10,820 bases of DNA from Bdellovibrionales bacterium (GCA_050246815.1 JBFWVI010000076.1:1-10820); one strand, 5' to 3'; shown: positions 1-7,150, counted from the first letter of the stretch. Notes: generated from the letters alone by a model not told the origin. Numbers and translations are program-made.

Positions 1-12
1 TAAATAGTACGC

Positions 13-41
13 GAGCCATAGAAGTTGCCTCCGTATGGCTC
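13..41. terminator. Hairpin, possibly the terminator of a gene ending at or before the window start
   Basis: GAGCCATA (13-20) and TATGGCTC (34-41) are a perfect inverted repeat. On the - strand the inner part gives GGAG-GCAA-CUUC. Outer arms are AGTACG (6-11) and CGTACT (48-53). There is no clean U-tract. Confidence 0.3.
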
Positions 42-309
42 TATCTTCGTACTTTCAGAATAAAGATTTCGTAAAAATAAGAACTAACTGAGTAAAACAT
101 AAGTAAAAAATGGACTATTCAAGGACGTCACATCTTATAAGACACAAACGTGGCATGAGACGCACCGGATTCTGGCTCAATCTTCAAGGGCATTGGCTTC
201 AGCTCATGCCCATTTTTGACACTTAGCGTTCCGCCAGCAGGTAGGGCACGGTTCACCTTTAATTTTCCTATATCCCCCCCCCTTGATGAAAAATTATTTG
301 ACTGCAAGC

Positions 310-329
310 TATACCCCCGGTTGGGTATA
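310..329. promoter_or_regulatory. CsoR-type operator
   Basis: TATACCC-CCGGTT-GGGTATA has perfect 7-bp arms with C/G tracts, about 50 nt upstream of a csoR-family gene. It matches the ATACC...GGTAT operator style of CsoR proteins. TTGACT (298-303) lies just upstream. Confidence 0.85.
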
Positions 330-381
330 CACTTACAAGTTCGTTAAACTTGGACATATAAAGTAGGAAAGTTGGTCCGGT

Positions 382-717
382 ATGTTAGAAAAACAAAAGC
401 CCACCGGAAGAGCTAAAAGGCATGAAAGCGCGGCACACCACGGCCGCGAATCATATGACCACCCCGATCACTCTGTTCACATCAAGCGATTAAACAGAGT
501 CAAAGGTCAGATCGCGGGAATTGAAAAGATGATTCTGGATCGACGCTACTGCCCGGATATCATCGCGCAACTCAAAGCCGCGTCAGCCGCAATAAAATCT
601 GTTGAAGCTGAAGTATTTAAATCCCACTTAAGAGGATGCGTGAAATCAGCATTTAACGGCGACGATGTATTTAAGTCCGAAGAAAAGATTCAAGAAATAA
701 TTAAACTCATTTATTAA
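382..717 (+). CDS. csoR: CsoR/RcnR family metal-sensing transcriptional repressor, probably Cu(I)-sensing
   Basis: RLNRVKGQIAGIEKMI...YCPDIIAQLKAA...HLRGC signature. Predicted ligands are Cys57, His82 and Cys86, with Tyr56 before the Cys and a C-terminal Glu (E105). The N-terminus is His-rich and a matching operator lies upstream. Confidence 0.93.
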   Translation: MLEKQKPTGRAKRHESAAHHGRESYDHPDHSVHIKRLNRVKGQIAGIEKMILDRRYCPDIIAQLKAASAAIKSVEAEVFKSHLRGCVKSAFNGDDVFKSEEKIQEIIKLIY

Positions 718-729
718 AAAGGAGCAAAA

Positions 730-1311
730 ATGAAAATCATAACAACACTTTTAGCCACCCTATTATTAGGATCAACATCGGCTTTTGCCCATGAAGATGC
801 TTCCATCTCTACCGCAAAAATTGCAGAATTATCGGCACATCGAGCAGACAGATTGGTCGCACTTGGTAAGATTGACGCTTCTTTTGTTCAAAAAATGGAA
901 AAGATCGAAGTTACGAAACTAACGGGTGGACCTGTGTCCTACAAATCAACTGTCTCACAAACGCAGCCACAAAGCGGAGCACCATTACAACTTGAACTTC
1001 AGTTTGATCACGACGGCAAACCACTTTCTTTCAAAGTCCTAGCTGGTGGAACCGCTGGCCCCGATATACCATGGTCGCCCAAAAGTGCGGGTGAATTAGT
1101 GGAAAATGCAATGCACTATGTTCTTGATAACAGCACTAACCCCACTATTGCGCCGTACTTCACTGACTTTACGAATCTTGTTTTAGCCAAAGGCGTGTTA
1201 GGCGGCACAGATGTTGCCTTGATACAAATCGTATCAGGCATTCAAGAGAAGCCGTTGAATGTCTATGTTAATCTGGATGGTTCAATTAACGCCGTTGCTG
1301 TTGACCCATAA
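730..1311 (+). CDS. Secreted hypothetical protein with mature N-terminal His and a two-fold internal repeat (first half resembles DUF6488-like proteins)
   Basis: Strong RBS AAGGAG. Signal peptide MKIITTLLATLLLGSTSAFA|HED. LVALGKIDASF motif. Paired segments AELSAH/VENAMH and LQFDHDGK/VNLDGS. Confidence 0.8.
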   Translation: MKIITTLLATLLLGSTSAFAHEDASISTAKIAELSAHRADRLVALGKIDASFVQKMEKIEVTKLTGGPVSYKSTVSQTQPQSGAPLQLELQFDHDGKPLSFKVLAGGTAGPDIPWSPKSAGELVENAMHYVLDNSTNPTIAPYFTDFTNLVLAKGVLGGTDVALIQIVSGIQEKPLNVYVNLDGSINAVAVDP

Positions 1312-1319
1312 GAATAAAA

Positions 1320-1997
1320 ATGAAAGAGCTTCTTCTTTCAATTTTTTTGCCGATAGTTGCAGGCCTTTTCTGCTCCTGCAACTACTCGCGCCTAAAAAAT
1401 GGACCCGTGTCAGTTCAAAACTTTGGGGAAGTGAACCCAGAAGAAAAAGCAACCATGATGAACTTTATGTTCATCAATTCGAGAATTCTTGAAGCAAAAT
1501 GCACAAGCTGCCACGGCAACTCTGGCCGAGTGAATCTCGAATCTTACGAATCCGTAAAATTAAATCTAAAAAAAATTCAAACATCTGTTTTTATTGAAAG
1601 GACCATGCCAAAACGCGGCTCATTAACCGCAGAAGAAAAACGTCTGCTGTGGAATTGGATTAAAATCGGAGCGCCACTGGAAAGTGAAGAGCCACCCCCC
1701 ACTGAGGAGCCGCTCATCGCGACGTATCAATCGATTCGCGATCACATTATCGAACCAAAGTGTATGACCTGTCACAATCCAACCGGAACAGGAAACAAAA
1801 TTCCTTTGGACCTCGAGTTTCTTTTAAATTCACCTCTTGAATTAGTTCTACCCGGGTACCCGGATGAATCAGGTCTTATCATCGCACTTGAAAGGAAAGA
1901 TGGTAAACGAATGCCGCCAGAAAAAGAGGGATACACGGCGCTTAAGCCTGAGGTTATTCAAGTGGTCCGTGATTGGATCATGAGCGGCGCGAATTAA
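1320..1997 (+). CDS. Di-haem cytochrome c lipoprotein (two planctomycete-cytochrome-c-like domains)
   Basis: Hydrophobic leader ending LFCS-C. Haem motifs CTSCH (1500-1514) and CMTCH (1761-1775). Distal Met motifs TMP and RMPP. Domain ends WIKIGA and WIMSGA. PGYPDES motif and a Pro-rich linker. Confidence 0.88.
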   Translation: MKELLLSIFLPIVAGLFCSCNYSRLKNGPVSVQNFGEVNPEEKATMMNFMFINSRILEAKCTSCHGNSGRVNLESYESVKLNLKKIQTSVFIERTMPKRGSLTAEEKRLLWNWIKIGAPLESEEPPPTEEPLIATYQSIRDHIIEPKCMTCHNPTGTGNKIPLDLEFLLNSPLELVLPGYPDESGLIIALERKDGKRMPPEKEGYTALKPEVIQVVRDWIMSGAN

Positions 1998-2023
1998 ATA
2001 TGCAACTAACTTAAGGGAAAAAC

Positions 2024-3199
2024 ATGAAAACGATAAGCCTTTCAACGCTAATTTTAACGTTCAGTATTTCCGCAAACGCCGAAGTCGTATTTTGCCATGG
2101 ATTCACTGCCGCTGATCAAAAAACGAAAGTTGAACTTACGGTTCAGCCGCAAAAGAAAAAGGGGCAAATTCGATTTATTTCGAACAGCAGTTCGGTCACC
2201 CACGGATTGAACCTAAATGATGTTTATTATCCGACGCCCAATACCTTACGATACGCAGACTATTTTGGAAATTCGCATCTAGATTTTTACGTCGAAAATG
2301 GAATTGTAAAAAAAAACTCATTCAGTCACGGCATTTATTTTAAGAATGCCCAACTTGATTGTAAGATCGCGGGCCAAATTCCTCAGGCCCCAAAATGCGA
2401 AAATGATCCATCCGAATCTTTGATTTCTGTTTTAAGAGAAGGTCGCTTTCATCGAACTTTGCGTGCTGTCAATTACGTCATTGCTTGCGGTGCGGATGTA
2501 AACTTCACGGATAAGCTTGGATGCACCCCACTTCTTTATGCAGTGGATTCCCAGTGCGGAAAGAATACGAATTCCATATCGCAAAGCATATCTGATCTAC
2601 CGCGTGTTGTTGATCGACTAATCTCTGAAGGAGCCTTTGTCGATATCGTTGATCCGGCCAAAAATGAAACCGCTTTACTAAAGGCCGCCAAGTCAAATCT
2701 TAAAGGCGTTTATGAATCATTCATTGCCGCAGAAGCAAATTTCGATTTTCAGGATAACGATGGCATGACTCCCCTAATGTGGGCGGCCTACAACGGCGAT
2801 GACTGGACGGTTAAAGATATTTTAGAGGCTCGGCCTGATCGAAGATTGAAGAACAAAAACGGGCAAACAGCATTCGATATTGCAACTCATTGGCAGAAAG
2901 TGCGTGTCATCGACCTTGTTCGGGTACCAGATGTGACTTTTGAGATTTTCGGCATGGAAGACGGCAAATGCTCTCCTTTAAAATTTGAGGCCAACAAGGA
3001 GCAAACAATCGAGATCGCACTTAAGGCGCCATCAAAGATGTTTAAACTTGATTCTATACAACTTGGAATTGATCTAATGGCAGACTCAAACAGCAGAGCA
3101 TCTCAAGTACTTAAGATCGATAACACCGGTTCGTATAACTTCACATGCGGCGTGCACCATGCTGATCAAATTTCTATTGGCGAAATCGTAGTTAAATAA
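2024..3199 (+). CDS. Secreted ankyrin-repeat protein with a C-terminal cupredoxin-like domain
   Basis: Signal peptide ending ISANA. Ankyrin repeats GADVNFTDKLGCTPLLYA, GAFVD..NETALLKAA, DNDGMTPLMWAAYNG and KNKNGQTAFDIA. The C-terminal ~90 aa run KCSP...GSYNFTCGVHH...GEIVVK, as in cupredoxin and EfeO-type Cup domains. Confidence 0.8.
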   Translation: MKTISLSTLILTFSISANAEVVFCHGFTAADQKTKVELTVQPQKKKGQIRFISNSSSVTHGLNLNDVYYPTPNTLRYADYFGNSHLDFYVENGIVKKNSFSHGIYFKNAQLDCKIAGQIPQAPKCENDPSESLISVLREGRFHRTLRAVNYVIACGADVNFTDKLGCTPLLYAVDSQCGKNTNSISQSISDLPRVVDRLISEGAFVDIVDPAKNETALLKAAKSNLKGVYESFIAAEANFDFQDNDGMTPLMWAAYNGDDWTVKDILEARPDRRLKNKNGQTAFDIATHWQKVRVIDLVRVPDVTFEIFGMEDGKCSPLKFEANKEQTIEIALKAPSKMFKLDSIQLGIDLMADSNSRASQVLKIDNTGSYNFTCGVHHADQISIGEIVVK

Positions 3200-3312
3200 G
3201 GACTGTCGCTGCCGGGACGAGCTTAAACACGGTTCACCCACTACAACTACTGTACTCATACCAGGCCGACGGTAAATTGCAAACTCATCGCGCAGTCCAT
3301 TCGTAAAACAGC

Positions 3313-4083
3313 CTATTGCGCAACCCAGCCACCGTCGATCGCGAGACATTGACCGGTGATATAAGCGGCCTCTTGCGAGCATAAAAATAAAATGGTGCTC
3401 GCCACTTCGTCCGGGGTGCCGATGCGGTGCTCGGGGACTCCAGCAACAATCTGCTCTTTAAAGTTCGGCGATGAAGTCATCAGGCGTTGCAGCATCGGCG
3501 TCATAATCGGGCCAGGACAAACAGCATTCACGCGAATGTTTTTTTGTGCGTATTCAAGAGCAGCCGTTTTGGTCAGACCCACTACACCATGTTTGCTGGC
3601 GACGTAGGCCGGCAGGCCGGGAAACCCAATCAAGCCAGCAATCGACGACACATTGACGATAGCACCGCCGTTGGCTTTTAAAAGTTCGGGAATTTGATAC
3701 TTTAGGCAAAGCCAAAGCCCTTTGAGGTTGGTGTTGATCACCTTGTCCCAGTTGTCGACCGTACAATCAACAGTAAGGGCCTGCTGACCCTCGATGCCGG
3801 CGTCATTACACACCAGATTCAATTGCCCATATTGCGTGATAGTTTGCTGGATCAAAGATTTCACCTGTTCATCCTGAGTGACATCGCATTGATGAAAATG
3901 GGCAATACCACCGGCCTCCTTGATCATCTGAGCTGTTTGCTGGCCCAAATCTAGATTGATGTCAGAGACGACCACTTTAGCTCCATGGGCGGCAAAACCC
4001 AGTGCAGTTTGGCGGCCGATTCCAGAAGAGGCACCTGTGACCAAAGCGACTTTATTTTTAAAATTAAAATTTAAACGGCTCAT
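3313..4083 (-). CDS. Classical short-chain dehydrogenase/reductase (SDR), probably NAD(H)-dependent
   Basis: TGASSGIG; Asp at the end of beta2 (VVSDI); NDAG; catalytic Ser (SSIAG); YVASK; IRVNAVCPG; DGG near the C-terminus. RBS GGGAG upstream. Confidence 0.95.
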   Translation of the reverse strand: MSRLNFNFKNKVALVTGASSGIGRQTALGFAAHGAKVVVSDINLDLGQQTAQMIKEAGGIAHFHQCDVTQDEQVKSLIQQTITQYGQLNLVCNDAGIEGQQALTVDCTVDNWDKVINTNLKGLWLCLKYQIPELLKANGGAIVNVSSIAGLIGFPGLPAYVASKHGVVGLTKTAALEYAQKNIRVNAVCPGPIMTPMLQRLMTSSPNFKEQIVAGVPEHRIGTPDEVASTILFLCSQEAAYITGQCLAIDGGWVAQ

Positions 4084-4310
4084 CGATCGACTCCCGGCAA
4101 ATAATTGATTATGGAGTTTTATGCGTCAGAACCTTAACACAAGCAAGGTTTGTTTGATGGGACATTTTGCCCACTAGGCGGGCCATTTTGTCCGCTGACT
4201 GCCCCCTATTGGTCGATATCGCCAACTATCATGGAGTTGACCTTGCAGAAGCGCTGCGGATTGCCAAAGCCGTCAACAAAAAGTGTGGCCTAAACCTGGA
4301 GACGATGCAG

Positions 4311-5591
4311 ATGACAAAGTTGATTCAAGATCGGAAAAGTGCCGGAACAAAACTCGCAGAAAAGTTGAAGTCGACAAAGTGGACCAAGACGTTGGTTCTT
4401 GGTCTACCGCGGGGTGGGGTGCCCGTCGCAAGCCAAATGGCCAAAGAACTCAACTTGCCGTGGGATATTTTGCGGGTCAAAAAAATCGGAGCGCCGGGAC
4501 ACGCCGAATATGCGATTGGAGCGATTGCCGAAGACGACCTGCCAATTTGGAATGAACAGGCACTCGCAGACCTAGATGCCTCAAAAGAGCAGCTTGAGGA
4601 GTGGAGCAAACAAGCTCGCAAAAAAATGTTTGCTCAGTCAAAACGTTGGGGCCCAGGACGAGGCAGTTTAAACATCAAAGAAATGACCATCATTGTCGTG
4701 GACGATGGTCTGGCCACGGGCATGACCATGCGAGCGGCGGTTGAATATTTGCAAAAACAAGAAGCAAACCGAATCATTGTCGCGGTGCCTGTAGCTTCAA
4801 AACAAGCCGTAGAATATTTTGAGCAAGCTCATCACCAAGTTATCGCTTTATATAGACCTGAACCATTTTTTTCGGTGGGTCAATGGTATGAGGATTTTGC
4901 TCAAGTGACCGATCAGACCGTGGCGGATCTTTTGTCTAAACGGGGGCAATCTCAATCGAGCACGAAGACCGTGTCGATTGCAGCGGGCGGCGTCAGCTTA
5001 ACGGGCGAGCTCTCTGTGCCTAAGAACGCAAGAGGCCTGGTGCTTTTTGCTCATGGCAGCGGAAGCTCTTATAAAAGCCCGCGCAATCAGTTTGTCGCAA
5101 AAAAACTCAATCAATTGGGGTTTGCCACCCTGCTGTTTGATTTATTGACAACGCAAGAAGGTGCAGACCGTCGTCAAGTGTTTGATATCCCACAACTGAC
5201 CAGCAGATTGCGAATCGCCACCGAATGGGTGCGCCAGTTCAAAGAGCTAAAAACGTTGCCAATCGGGTATTTTGGCGCCAGCACAGGCGCCGCCGCCGCT
5301 TTGCATGCCGCCACCCAAGAAGACCATGTGCGAGCCGTGGTTTGTCGGGGCGGCCGCCCCGACCTTGCCGAAGCGGCCCTACCCAAGCTGCTATGCCCCA
5401 CCCTGCTTATTGTGGGTGGCGAAGACCTCGTCGTGGTTGAATTGAATCGACATGCACAGAAGAGAATTAAAAACTCAGAGCTATTGATTGTACCTGGCGC
5501 CACTCATCTTTTCAGTGAAACTGGCGCCATGGAGCAAGTTGTTGCAGCTGCAGCCAAATGGTTTACACAACACTTGCGGCCCCGAGCCTGA
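4311..5591 (+). CDS. Type I phosphoribosyltransferase fused to a dienelactone-hydrolase-like alpha/beta hydrolase (Rv0571c-like architecture)
   Basis: Start moved from 4167 to ATG 4311 because GGAG lies at 4298-4301 and the family N-terminus DR..AG..LA follows. GLPRGGVPVA; PRPP loop IIVVDDGLATG; VGQWYEDF. Second domain has FAHGSGSS..SPRN, GYFGASTG, RGGRPDLA, GGED and GATHLF. Confidence 0.9.
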   Translation: MTKLIQDRKSAGTKLAEKLKSTKWTKTLVLGLPRGGVPVASQMAKELNLPWDILRVKKIGAPGHAEYAIGAIAEDDLPIWNEQALADLDASKEQLEEWSKQARKKMFAQSKRWGPGRGSLNIKEMTIIVVDDGLATGMTMRAAVEYLQKQEANRIIVAVPVASKQAVEYFEQAHHQVIALYRPEPFFSVGQWYEDFAQVTDQTVADLLSKRGQSQSSTKTVSIAAGGVSLTGELSVPKNARGLVLFAHGSGSSYKSPRNQFVAKKLNQLGFATLLFDLLTTQEGADRRQVFDIPQLTSRLRIATEWVRQFKELKTLPIGYFGASTGAAAALHAATQEDHVRAVVCRGGRPDLAEAALPKLLCPTLLIVGGEDLVVVELNRHAQKRIKNSELLIVPGATHLFSETGAMEQVVAAAAKWFTQHLRPRA

Positions 5592-5687
5592 CCGAAAGAA
5601 ATTGCCCAGCATCGTCATTTTATCTTCTTGAATCTTTTTAGCCTTTAAATCAGTGACTTAATAAGACGCGCTCTGTATTTTTATTCT

Positions 5688-6135
5688 GTGAAAAAACCAA
5701 CAAATGAATTTTTCAACTACGATGCCGCGCGCCGATACGACGAACGAAATAGTAAACTGGTGCGAATTTCAGATTGTCTCCACTTTTTAACAAGCCTTGT
5801 TTTAAAAGACTTACCATCTCGATCGCGAATACTGTGTGTTGGGGTCGGCACGGGAGCGGAGATTACGAAGTGGCGGCTACTTGGTTAACGCTGAGATTAG
5901 TTTTGATTTAAACTCTTCAGAGTTCCCGTTGATGTTAAAGGGCTGGGAGCAGGTGCAAACATTGATGGGTGGCACAATGGAATCATTGGCCATGCTTCCA
6001 AAGCAACTGCAAGAAGCACTGACCGTACTTCCGCCTTCAGAAACTGAAGCCCTACTTCGACAGAGTGGAATTCATTTGCCCATACGCTTCTTTCAAGCCC
6101 TGATGATCTGCGGCTGGTACGGCAAGAAGGATTAA
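5688..6135 (+). pseudogene. Class I SAM-dependent methyltransferase with internal deletion and frameshift
   Basis: The 5688 frame encodes the N-terminus through motif I (ILCVGVGTGAEI). The 5836 frame encodes the later part from RLRSGGYLV to FFQALMICGW. The central strands that normally lie between these are missing, and the frame changes at about 5860-5864. Confidence 0.85.
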
Positions 6136-6155
6136 ACGTCATCAATCGGATGTGT

Positions 6156-7067
6156 TCAGACCCCCCACGGATTGTCGACAAACAAATCTTGGGAAATTTC
6201 ACCAGCTTGAAACCGGCGGACATAATTTTCAATCTGGTTTTTATCGTTCGAATAAACACAGCTCAGGCAAGATCGAAAAACCAAATCATTGTACTGCTGA
6301 ACACGCCCGGAGTCCCACCGCCCCTTCGTCAAGACGACATCGTTTTCTTCGACCTCTTGGCTGGTGTTAATGTAAAGAGCGTGGGCTGGGGAAACCGAAA
6401 TAATATACGCCGTCCTGCGCGCCCGATTTTCGGGCTCAGACATTTTTTTACTCTTTTTCAATTCCGTCAGTCGACTCATATTTTTTGGATGCCCGTTAAC
6501 GTTAACCGGGTTGTCGCTGGTGATAAACGGAGTTGTGCCCTCCGCATGAATAAGAACCCATTTCGATTTTTTTAAGAAGGGCGCCAAAGTCAAAGCACTG
6601 ATGGCGGTGCCAATAAAACCATGAATGATCTCGGCGTTTCGCTTCATTTTTTCTTCATCGGTCAACTTGGTCAGATCCGTCGCCTGCGCCTGCTGATAAT
6701 ATTTCCTTGAGATCGGAGCACGATGAAGTTGAAACGCCATAAAATTCGCAATGGTTTCTTTGTCTTCGGGCGTCAGAACTTTGCCTTCAAGCCGATTCAA
6801 CGCCAGCGTTAAGTCATTTTCAAACAATCTCTGAAAATCTTCTTCGATCCTTTTCTCTCCAAAAAATTTAAGGCTTGGCACCTGATCAATGGCCTTTAGA
6901 ACGTACCAATCTTCAAGTTGTGCCGTGGACTTTGTCGCCTTAGGCTTTGCCGGGTTTGAATTTGTCCGGGTCTCGTCTGGCAAACGAAACAAATCAAAAC
7001 ACTCCAGCAAATTCTTCGAATTTAAAAAGCGGCGTAAATAGGACTGCGGAACAAAGTGGCATTTCAT
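6156..7067 (-). CDS. DUF4238 domain-containing protein
   Basis: N-terminal HFVPQSYLRRF, central FMAFQLHR, and FITSDNPV are typical DUF4238 motifs. RBS AAGGGG upstream. Confidence 0.85.
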   Translation of the reverse strand: MKCHFVPQSYLRRFLNSKNLLECFDLFRLPDETRTNSNPAKPKATKSTAQLEDWYVLKAIDQVPSLKFFGEKRIEEDFQRLFENDLTLALNRLEGKVLTPEDKETIANFMAFQLHRAPISRKYYQQAQATDLTKLTDEEKMKRNAEIIHGFIGTAISALTLAPFLKKSKWVLIHAEGTTPFITSDNPVNVNGHPKNMSRLTELKKSKKMSEPENRARRTAYIISVSPAHALYINTSQEVEENDVVLTKGRWDSGRVQQYNDLVFRSCLSCVYSNDKNQIENYVRRFQAGEISQDLFVDNPWGV

Positions 7068-7150
7068 AGTTGTGAATCCCCTTTAGAAGGGTTTCACCAG
7101 AATAGTTGAAATCCACCCAATACGGCAAAGCTAATCCTGATCAGGCAGAT

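Larger units (their letters stand above)
247..3238 (+). repeat. 11-bp direct repeat CACGGTTCACC at 247-257 and 3228-3238, flanking the csoR operon
   Basis: Exact match read in both flanking intergenic regions. Confidence 0.5.

Noticed and set aside
13..41. GAGCC-starting hairpin as group II intron domain V
   Set aside because: The GNRA loop and a 3'-side bulge do not occur on the same strand, the stem is short, and there is no RT/maturase or domain VI context.
110..226. 38-codon ORF MDYSRTSHL... upstream of csoR
   Set aside because: No RBS and no recognisable features. Its length is compatible with chance.
2308..2316. A9 run in the ankyrin-cupredoxin gene
   Set aside because: The frame is intact (VKKN), A-runs are common in this AT-rich operon, and no alternative-frame product is evident.
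4130..4150. AACCTT-N9-AAGGTT inverted repeat in the SDR/PRTase spacer
   Set aside because: The arms are only 6 bp and match no motif I can assign. No FNR-type TTGAT-N4-ATCAA box was found.
4167..4310. N-terminal extension of the 474-aa ORF
   Set aside because: It has a TTG start without an RBS. Family similarity and a GGAG point to ATG 4311, and this stretch is the divergent promoter region.
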